This document shows, piece by piece, positions 53,696 to 64,000 of a DNA stretch of 64,000 nucleotides. Numbering within the stretch: the stretch's first letter is position 1; the number at the start of each line of letters is the position of its first letter. Where the stretch lies: the NCBI RefSeq assembly GCF_006345805.1, contig NC_043005.1, forward strand, positions 25,296,001 to 25,360,000, written 5' to 3'. Source of the stretch: Octopus sinensis (taxonomy: Eukaryota). The position numbers and the translations under genes were made by a program. The notes under the pieces were generated by a model. The model ran no database searches and had not been told where the DNA came from. It saw only the letters and a list, made by a program, of their open reading frames with translations.

Positions 53696-53809
53696 GCAAA
53701 GTTAGCCGAAAAGAATGTGGTTCTTTCGGACTTGAGAAGAAAAGTAGAACAGCAAGAAAAACCAGGGCTGAAGTAATAATTTGCCGTGGAGCCGAAAAGG
53801 CACGTCCAT

Positions 53810-53839
53810 TATATATATACATATATGTATATATATAAT

Positions 53840-53923
<84 letters not shown>

Positions 53924-53930
53924 ATACTTA

Positions 53931-53978
<48 letters not shown>

Positions 53979-53997
53979 TGTATATATATAATATATA

Positions 53998-54072
<75 letters not shown>

Positions 54073-54085
54073 GATAGATAGATAA
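53810..54085. repeat. (TA)n/(GATA)n array
   Basis: direct reading. Confidence 0.95.
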
Positions 54086-54439
54086 AACTTACTTGGAAAA
54101 AGGATGCGTTGCGTTCGATCATATAATAATATAAATAATGTACAAATATTTGCATATATACATACATACATGTCTATGACTACATATATATGTATATATA
54201 CGTGCATATATTTGCACAGGACATCAAAAAATAAGAAACGAAAATATAAAAAGAAAAACATAGAAAGCGACCTTTTTTCGAACTACGAAAAAGCAGAGAA
54301 GCGAAACATGCACCATAAAGAATATTCCCCTTCATCAGTTGTCTCTGTTTCATCTTCTCCGCGTTCCGAAGGTAAGGACAACAGAAAGGAACACACACAC
54401 ACGGACACACACACACACATACACACACACAGAAGTTAC

Positions 54440-54800
54440 TGCAACCCCAAATAATAATACAACTTATAAGAAGACCTATATTGGAATTTGTGAAAGAGAA
54501 TTTAAAAATCGCTATGCCAACCACTTGGCCTCTAGCTTCCTTTCGACATAAGAATAAAGTAAAGCTACTATGTAGGCTATGTAGTTTCAAAGATAACGAA
54601 ACACCGCATATGATTAAATGGTAAGTAATTGAGAAATCCATACCTTATGTGAATCGATTGAATAAATGTAGACTTTGCTTAGCTGAAAAAGCACAGATCC
54701 TGTTCAGATCTAAGATCTCTAACTCTCTACAAAAATATAGGTCAGAAATTTTCAGTGGTTGCATGCATATGTATAAATATACTTTGACGAATTGGAAAAT
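54440..54800 (+). pseudogene. Penelope-like element GIY-YIG endonuclease C-terminus (family 1)
   Basis: KTYIGICEREFKNRYANH...; NKCRLCLAEKAQIL...RSEIFSGCMH. Confidence 0.85.
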
Positions 54801-54991
54801 TACGCCTATTCCTGACTCACTCGATATATTTCCAAGCCTAAGGATGATATCACTCTTTAACTTTTGACACAGTTGCGCTTTAATGCATGTATTGTGACCT
54901 TTAAAGAATGATTATTACTCCCTCACCAGATGGAATACTTTTTTTGATGAATTTTCTGTCAGGGATCCGTACGTTATATATATATAAGAAT

Positions 54992-56125
54992 TATATCCAA
55001 ATTAAAGGCACAGCGATGTGAACGAGGTTTGCTTCCGTTTACGCGAACTCTGTAATGGGATATCTAGAACAACAACTCTACCATGAAGTAAACACTCGAT
55101 TTAGAAACTATGTCGAAAAGACAGGGAAGAGTAACCTTAACGATCGTTTCATAATTTGGACAGAATCTCTAAATATCCTGGAAGAGTTCAATATCCTCCC
55201 GAACAACCTACACTCATCTCTCCAATTTACAAAGGAGATGAGTAGTACCAAATCACCATTCCTAGCTATAATGGTAATTTAAAAGGACACCTCCATTACC
55301 ACAGATATATATTGTAAACACACGTACATACATCAGTAACTGAATTTTAAGTCGTGCCATCCATCACACAAAACATACATCCCATATTGCCTGGCCAAAA
55401 GAATTTGTACCATACAAATATCAGGAACAAATGCCTAACTGAACGAAGAGAATTTTTGTTCAAATAAAAATACACATCTCTACTTATAGAAAATGCCATA
55501 AAGCAGGCGATAAGAATACCCATACAACAACTGAGAATAACCCAAATAAGAGAAAAACAGGAACAAATCATTACATTTATAGTGACACATAACCCATGTC
55601 AGCAGAATATCTTCAACATCGCTAAAGCAAACCTACCAATCATTGCTGAAAGTAATGAATTAAAACATATAATCACAGATCGAGCTATGGTTCTTAATAA
55701 AGTCAAAGTTTGACCTTAGCAACAAAGACCAATCATTTATTGTATCGAAATGCATTGATAGCCGGGGTGACATATGCCACTTCATACACACCGGCCAATA
55801 TCCGAACACAAAAACCGGAAAATTATTCACAAACGCAAATTAGAACTGCAAAAGTAGAAATTTAATTTACTGCATCAAATGCCCAAATTGTGATGAACTA
55901 TATTTGGGTCAGACTGGAAATATACTATCAGAACGTTAATGTGTGCAACAATAGCATATTAGAGACCCAGATGTCCGTCAGATACCTTTGAGTAACCATT
56001 TGGCAACATGCGGTCGGTAAATATTTATAATATTTCTATTCTACAAATTACTCAGTCCAAGTGAAATTGAAAGAAAAATCAGAGAAAGGAACTTTATTAA
56101 TAAATTTGAACCCAAGCTAAATAAA
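54992..56125 (+). pseudogene. Penelope-like element RT C-terminal half plus GIY-YIG (family 2)
   Basis: QIKGTAM*TRFASVYANSVMGYLE, LNDRFIIW (YLDD-equivalent), PFLAI, IPYCLAKRICTI, SRNLIYCIKCPNCDELYLGQTG, FINKFEPKLN. Confidence 0.9.
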
Positions 56126-56394
56126 CAATAATACTAATATTTAGAGGTACTATTTCTACTACTACGACCACTACCATTAACAACAACAATACTAAAAGTT
56201 CTCATGATGACGATAGCAGGAAAACAACTAGCTTAGTCAAGAGAAAGGTCAGTAAAAATTATCTTGCTTTTGGGTTTAAAGTTCTATTACCACAGCTACT
56301 CCTTCCACTACCACCACCACCACCACCACCACCATGCAACAACTGAGAACAACCCAAAGAAGAGGAAAATAGGAGCATGTCATGCAATTTATGA

Positions 56395-56610
56395 TGACAC
56401 AACCCATGTCACCAGAATATCTTCGACATTGCTAAAGCAAACCTACCAATCATTGCTTAAAGTAATGAATTAAAACATATAATCACAGATCGAGCTATGG
56501 TTCTTAATAAAGTCAAAGTTTGACCTTAGCAACAGAGACCAAGCATTTACTGTATTTAAATGCAATGATAGCCGCTGTGGCACATGCCATTTCATACACA
56601 CAGGCCAATA
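56395..56610 (+). repeat. direct duplication of PLE internal segment ~55583-55800
   Basis: GCTAAAGCAAACCTACCAATCATTGCT...GACCTTAGCAAC near-identical in both. Confidence 0.9.
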
Positions 56611-56997
56611 TATGAAGAACCACCAACAGCAACAACAACAACAACAGCAACGTCGACGACGACGATAACAGTAATAAAGGAAATGATAAGGATGATGATA
56701 ATTGAAATGTGAAAATTCTCTGGGAAATGCTGTTTACAACGTTTCTAAAAATAGTCCAACAATCACTGCTTTGGCCAGGGTCAAAATACAAGACTTGACA
56801 TGTTCAACAAACCGTGACGCCTAAACTAAACACCAATCAACTGAAGTAATTTAGTAAAATCGCACACTGTATTGGTCAGAATACAGTTTGCAAAAAAACA
56901 ACATTCTGGAGCCTATACAAATGTATTTAAGGCACACACACTTTAGCCATCTCGTCACAGTTGTAAATTATAAAACATAACTGTCACCACGATTACG

Positions 56998-57042
56998 TGA
57001 ACCTGAAGAATGCATAGTTTAATGCATGGAAGTACTAGTTCA
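56998..57042 (+). ncRNA. minimal hammerhead motif with GAAA->GGAA substitution
   Basis: TGAAC-CTGAAGA-ATGCAT agttta ATGCAT-GGAA-GTAC-TA-GTTCA. Confidence 0.7.
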
Positions 57043-57351
57043 ATCAAAATGGATACTAAATATTCTATCATTTCATTATATTATCTTATATTATTATAAG
57101 ATCGTAAATAAAACGTGAAAATCAAAGTTGGAATTTCTATTATATATATATATAAATGTGCGTGTCTGTGTACATGTCTTTGTGCCTGTGTTTGTTCCTC
57201 TATCATCGCTTGACAGCCGATATTGGTGTGTTTACGTGTGTTTCTGTAATTCCATAATACATTCCGACCGCATGTTGCCAGATGGTTACTCAAAGGTTAC
57301 TCAAAGTCTCAAAGTATTTACTGTGTGTTATATTAATTTGTGTGTATAGGT

Positions 57352-57452
<101 letters not shown>

Positions 57453-58239
57453 TTATACATATATATTATATTTGTGTGTATGTACATCTACACTCCCATT
57501 AATGGACCCTCCACATATTTATATAAGGAAAGAAAGAGAAAAACACACACGTTCATGTGTATATATATATATATATATATATACATATATATACATACAT
57601 ATATATATGTGTGTGTGTGTGTGTGTGCGCATGTATATATATATATATATATATATGCGGTGTGTGTATGTGTGTGTGTATGTAAAAAAATGTACATGAG
57701 TATAAAGATACATGAACATGTAGTAACACAAATTCATATTTGTATTCTGAAATGTATGTTGTTGAACTATATCTTTGTGTCTCTGTAGGAAGGAATTTTC
57801 TTTATTAAAACCTAAGCCAATTATCTATCTTTTTTTTTTTGTCTCTAGCTATAAAAACTTAAACAGTGCATTCAGTACAGTTTCTTTGAGGACAGATTTT
57901 AATCATTATTGTCTATTAGATTACTCCGAATACTGTGTTTTCCAGATACTCTGAGCCATTTCGATGCCAATAATACATTCTTGTCTTTCTTTTCACCCCT
58001 CTCCTTTTTTTTAATAAAAAATATGTAGTTGTTGTTAGTTCTCGCAGAATAATGAAAGTTTATTGTTATATATATTAGGAACGCATTTCTAGTGAAAGTG
58101 GTTTTAGTAACAATATCAACTAAATATTTATTAAATTAATTCAATAGAATATATATTCTATATTTTATTTAATAAAATTTGTCTTATTCACAATTTACAA
58201 AAATGTCGTGACATCATACAAACACAAAATCAAATATGT

Positions 58240-58342
58240 GTGTATTTATAAACTTATATGTATAGGCATTGCCGTGTATTTATAATCTTATATGTATAGG
58301 CATTGCCGTGTATTTATAATCTTATATGTATAAGCATTGCCG
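58240..58342. repeat. 3x ~34-bp tandem repeat
   Basis: GTGTATTTATAATCTTATATGTATAGGCATTGCC repeated. Confidence 0.85.
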
Positions 58343-58588
58343 AATGTTTCATAAGTTTTCTTCACAATCGAAAACAATCTGTTTGGAACAAACAATGTGA
58401 CACTTTAGTAAACCGTCTTCTACCTTGGTCATTATAGACGCAAAGCCATATATCTTGGAAATGAAAATATGCAGGTAGGAACTGTGTAGAAGAGACATAC
58501 GGCTCAACGGAGAGATACATATTTCATGTACAACTAAATATTAAGCCTCCTACCTATAGACGTGTGTATATTTATGCACCCTCACTGA

Positions 58589-58659
<71 letters not shown>

Positions 58660-58677
58660 TGTGTGTGTGTGTGCGTC

Positions 58678-59061
58678 TCTGTATGTGTGAATTAAGGCTA
58701 CCATTGATTTCACGTTAAGAAAAGTAGGAAAATATTCTAGTGTCTTAAGAATTTTTCAAGCCTATCACATGGAGAGAGGTGTTCACTTCCATTTTGGAAA
58801 ACTGTCTCGCTTCGTTCACGGCATTTCTCGTAAATTCGCATAAATAAAACACATAAGAAACAATAATAACGTCCATTGATTCATTGATTCATTGTTTTAT
58901 TTACGCGAATTTACTAGAAATCCCCTGAACGAAGCGAGACTTTCCCAATATGGAGGCGAACGCATTTCTCCATCTGATTAGCTTGAAGGCCTACTAAGAC
59001 ACTGGGATATTTTCCTACTTTTCTTAACATGAAACTGATGGTAGCTTTAATTCACAAACAG

Positions 59062-59062
<1 letters not shown>
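58678..59062. mobile_element. palindromic fold-back element between microsatellites
   Basis: ~170-bp imperfect inverted arms TGTGAATTAAGGCTACCA / TGGTAGCTTTAATTCACA. Confidence 0.85.
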
Positions 59063-59109
<47 letters not shown>

Positions 59110-60004
59110 GGGGGGAGAGAGAGAGAAAGAGATGTATAGGTATTAATTCAAATGCATTTATAAACTTGTGTGAGTGTATAGACACAATATGGTATGGTAG
59201 CGTGACTGAGCAGTTTATTTTACGAAGACGCGGTTATTAGTATGATCCTGTACCGTGAAGTATTAATGAGGTGCCTTCTTCAACATCGTACTACATAGAG
59301 ACGGAAGTTGGTGACAAGCTTGTTGGATGGATTGCAAATTGAATTCAAAGATCCAGTCGTGTGACTCTAAGCCAATCTATATTTTACTGAGATTCATATT
59401 AAACCATTTCCGATTTAATCAAATGAAATTTTTGAGAACCTAAACACGCACCTATAAAACCGCTGGAGAGCCATTTTACATTTCTACATGTATATATATT
59501 TATTACTTAAGGCGATCTACATGACAAATTGCAAGATAGACATAAATGCAAATTAGATCTGATACATATAATTTTCAGTGACAATATCTACTTTAGTCAA
59601 TCAAAAAGTATGTACCACAAATGCGTCGTGATATATGATCTTGTATTAATTCCCGTGATAAGCATATGTCTTTCTATCTTTCTATCTTTAGCTGTTTATA
59701 TCTCAATTTATTAAACACCACTCCTTTAGATATTTCCATATCTAATCAACATAATACTTTGATAAAAATGATTTATAAATATTTATGCAACAATAATTTC
59801 CAACATTTCTTTCTGCTGACATATAGAGAGGGGTTTAATTATCTAAACGACCCACTACACTTTCTGTTCGTCGGTATGGTGCATATTAAAGAAAAAATAT
59901 TTACCAATGTCAGATGTACACACACCTCTCAGTATCAATTGATTTATTGGGTATTTCTTTAGGTTAGATGTCCTATTTGAGTACTGTTCATGAAGGCATA
60001 CAAT

Positions 60005-60671
60005 ATTCTTTTCTACTCAAGGCTTAAACATTTGGGGAGGGGGCCCATTAGATTAGAGCAACGCCAGTACACAACTGGTACTTTATTTATGGATCCCGAA
60101 AGGATGAAAAACAGGGTCGACCCCGGTGGAATTTGAAATCAGAACGTAAAGACATGAAATACTGCTAAGCATTTCGCCCAGCGTGCTAACGTTTCTGCCA
60201 GCTCACCGCCTTAGAATGCAGTTATATTGAAGAAGGAAGCTAAAAAACATGGTAAATACGACTACTACTACTACTACTAATAATAATAATAATGGTTTCA
60301 AATTTTGGCACAAGAGCAGTAAGTTCGTGGGGGAAGGCAAGCTGATTACATTGGCCCCAGTTCAACTGGTACTTATTTTATCGACCCTGAAAGGATAAAT
60401 GGCAAAGTCGTCCTTGGCGTAATTCGAACTCTGAATACAGCAACAAGCGAAATACTGCCTAGCATTTCGTCCAGCAAGCTAACGATTCTGCCAGCTTACT
60501 ACAATAATAATCATATCTTCTCTAGGCACAGACCCCAGTATGCAACTGAAATTTAATTTATCGATCCCGAAATGATGAAGGGCATGGTCGACTCGGCGGA
60601 ATTTGAGTCTGAACGTAAAGACCGCTAAGCATTTCGCCCGGCGTGCTAACCTTTCTGCCAGCTGACCACCT
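60005..60671 (-). mobile_element. three tandem SINE family 2 copies (60005-60211, 60300-60497, 60520-60671)
   Basis: each ends ...GCTAACxxTTCTGCCAGCT; shared TCGACCCxGAAAGGATGA core. Confidence 0.85.
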
Positions 60672-61069
60672 ATGAAGGTATACAATATAGCCAAAAGGAA
60701 CATATTTAAAATTACAATTTAAATCGCACCATGATTTCGGACTTGCAATGGCTTACCATTTTATCCGTGGTTCCACATCGCCTGATGAAATATTGGATTA
60801 TGATTAGATACCAAATTCTGAAAAATTATTGAAGAACTGTGTCGTCATAAAGCAATAATTTACATCTGAAAAATAATTTTACATTCATTCTACCATTTGC
60901 TTCATCTTACTTCACTCTTTACAAGGCCCCTTTTCTTAGGCGTTCCGTAAGTATTTAAGAAGCCCAGCCTAGGTTTTGTTTTGAGGAAGCTTGGCTGAGT
61001 GAGTTATAGGGCAGCGAAGCGTAGTATAATATTATCTGCATTATATTATATATATATAATATATATATA

Positions 61070-61100
<31 letters not shown>

Positions 61101-61289
61101 TGAGTGTATTTTTGCCTTGTTAACATGGCTACTTACTATTATACTTGTTATATATTATACTAATTGTAGGCTACTTTTGACGTTATATCATATAAGGTTT
61201 TTTCAAACAATATTAATAACGTTCAGTAAATCACTATACATATCCATCATTTTCTGTTTAAATGTCTGATTGACGAGTTTCGTTTTTTC

Positions 61290-61376
61290 ACTTTCCTGAA
61301 GAGAAGATCGTACTGTTTTATACCATTTATTCTTTTGAATAATATCAATGGAATCTTCGAAACATGTATCGAAAGT
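61290..61376 (+). ncRNA. type I hammerhead motif with tail to (TA)n at 61421
   Basis: ACTTTC-CTGAAGA-GAAGAT...ATCTTC-GAAA-CATGTA-TC-GAAAGT. Confidence 0.75.
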
Positions 61377-61416
61377 AAAAGTATTCGATTTATACCTGCG
61401 TTAAACTCCATTTATT

Positions 61417-61471
<55 letters not shown>

Positions 61472-62002
61472 CTTTTACGTCATACACGCCACGTCAATTT
61501 GATCATTCTCAGTCGAAAGACGCCTTTGTTATTCTTGTTGTTTGTTTTCGTAATTGTGTACCATGTTCTCCGTTTTTTTATTTCCTTGTTGTTTTTTTCG
61601 TCTTTGTTGCTGTACACATTTAGTGGCTTTCTTACAAAGGGGTCTAATGCTCTTAGCTTAGACTTTTCTCGGGACAACCAGATCGAACAATCACAAGTGT
61701 AACTGTCCGAAATGGTCGTGACTTCTGGTACTTGACTGATGAAAGAAAGACAATAATGACCAGTCATTTTTTGCTTCTCCCTCTAATTATTGTTTCTCTT
61801 GTCTGCCTTTGTGTCGTCTATTTGCCCGAACGTCTTAACGCCCTCTATTGCGTTTCTGTTCCATTTTTATATATAAAAATATATTCGTAATTTATATAAT
61901 TATATTATATTTTTATTCATATTCTTATTTTTCTATTTAATATGACTTATAATATGCATTTATAACTTTGATCTGTTAATAATAATAACAATAAGATACA
62001 TA

Positions 62003-62080
62003 GCCTGAGGAGGCACTGGTGGATTTATGTAATAGGTATAGTCTTAATAAACACCACACCAGCACAGAAACACGTGTAGC
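62003..62080 (+). ncRNA. degenerate hammerhead motif with tail to (TA)n at ~62334
   Basis: GC-CTGAGGA-..CTGGTG...CACCAG..-GAAA-CACGTG-TA-GC; palindromic stem III, eroded stem I and stem II base. Confidence 0.55.
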
Positions 62081-62329
62081 GCTGATTACGAATATCTTCA
62101 TTCCACAAAGACTAAGAAGAGTTAAGTTATATATATTTTTTCTAATAATTTTATTGTATTTTATAGTAGGTTTTTTTAAATGCTTATATTATTTTATTAT
62201 TATTATTATTTTATAGGATATTACTTTCTATGTGTATACCATACAATACTTTCTATGTGCATACCATACAATAAGGTTATCCAGAAATAGGAGTTGCGGT
62301 TCTATTGGTAAAATCCTAAATTTGTAATA

Positions 62330-62369
<40 letters not shown>

Positions 62370-62869
62370 CTCACACACAGAGACATATGCCCCCATCTAT
62401 ACAAGAATGACCTCCTGTCTGACAAATTCTCGTCATAAGCTGGTCAAGCGAATGCAATTGTAGTAGATACTCACACAAGGTACAGCGCAAGGAGATCAAA
62501 GGTAGGACAACGACGGTTGCGAAGTGAAATAATTTAAGTACACATCATTCCATGTCTGTCCGCTTATTCTAGCTAACATCACAGGAAATATTAAATATAT
62601 ACTGTTCAATAATGTAGAAGTGATGTATCTTTCATAGTCGACGCATTCTTTGCAGTTCATCATAAGATTGAGGTTGGATGTAGTTGGCTATAATTGTCAA
62701 GGTTACTAGTGGGGTTACAGGTAGAGTGGAAGCACTGTAATGAATACTTTTAGAATTCTGATTAACTACCTATTGTTAAGAATATTCCATATATAATTTG
62801 GCTGCATTGGAATATTTTTCAGAGAAGAATAGTGACATATTGATAGATACAAACACATACATACGCACA

Positions 62870-62963
62870 CATGTGTGTATATATATATATATATATATTA
62901 TATATAATATATATATAATATTATATATATATATATTCTATATACATACATGCATATATATAT

Positions 62964-63000
<37 letters not shown>

Positions 63001-63919
63001 CATATATGTATTTATGTATAATTATATTTATATATTTATATGTATATATATATATATATACATATATAGGTACGAACAAATATACATGTATATATATATA
63101 TATATGTATATATGTTTTGTATATATAAATATGTATGAATGTATATACATGTACATGCATATATACATATATATATATTTTGTGTGTGCATATATATAAA
63201 TATATGTATGTATATGTACATCCATATATACATACACACACACATACACTTATACAGAGAGAGATAGAGAGAAAGGAGGAAGGACGAATGAAAGAAAAGA
63301 AAGACATAATGAGAAACATGCCATAGTGAGAGAGGGGCTGTGAAAAACAGAGAGACGAAGAATGAGAAATATAGGAATGTTATATGAGTGGAAACGACAT
63401 TATAATTAATTCACATATCTTAATATACTATTCTATTCGTACGCCACGCATACATATACAAAGTTGCATACACAGATCTACAGGTATCGATGCATTATCA
63501 ATATATTCTACTATTTATCACTCAAAGAACCAACGCACATGTGTATACATACATAGATACATACATAATTATATATATATATATATATACATATGTATAT
63601 ACATATATATGTATATACACATATATATTCACACATATGCATGATACATCTATGGAAATACCCATTACTAAAAAATATATACGTATTACTAATGTATATA
63701 TACTCTCGCATTCACAAAATATATGTGTATATATAATATATATATATACACACACACCCGAGGAGGTGCATATGAGCGCATATATATATATGAATATACG
63801 TATATATCTATATGTTTATATATGTAAATATACATATATATATGTATATACATATATAAGTATATATATATATATTGATATAAATAGATATATGTATATA
63901 TATGTATATGTATGTATAC

Positions 63920-63965
<46 letters not shown>
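62870..63965. repeat. TA/CA-rich microsatellite field
   Basis: direct reading. Confidence 0.85.
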
Positions 63966-63967
<2 letters not shown>

Positions 63968-64000
63968 CTTTATACAGGCATTTATGCGCAATTATTTCTG

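Noticed and set aside
58240-58342. CRISPR-like array
   Set aside because: Contiguous tandem units without unique spacers, in a eukaryotic context
60775-60840. CTGATGA...GAAA spacing
   Set aside because: No convincing stem I or stem III
61625-61745. GGACA...TGTCC-GAAA-TGGTC and a downstream CTGATGA
   Set aside because: No CUGANGA in the correct position relative to stem II; topology does not close

Overview
AT-rich, microsatellite-saturated eukaryotic DNA with a 100-N gap at 14260-14359. The SINE families and repeat landscape look like an octopus/cephalopod genome (inference). I found no intact host protein-coding gene; nearly all ORF-track entries are microsatellite read-throughs. The window is a mosaic of tRNA-derived SINEs, decayed LINEs (RTE, Hero/R2-group, CR1), Penelope-like element (PLE) RT/GIY-YIG remnants, mariner, hAT and Helitron remnants, and palindromic MITE-like elements. 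The main signal is about 14 type I hammerhead-ribozyme (HHR) motifs, read by eye (CTGANGA-stem II-GAAA-stem III-TH-stem I), from several unrelated short non-coding element families. Most run 3' into a (TA)n microsatellite and several carry a 5' fold-back inverted duplication. One copy (20602-20783) starts within 1 nt of the predicted self-cleavage site of its HHR-bearing sibling (46820-47054). One family fuses a Pol III tRNA-like head to an HHR tail. Together this suggests a TA-microsatellite-targeted, ribozyme-processed, PLE-dependent set of non-autonomous retroelements. All structures and alignments were done by eye; boundaries of decayed elements are approximate.
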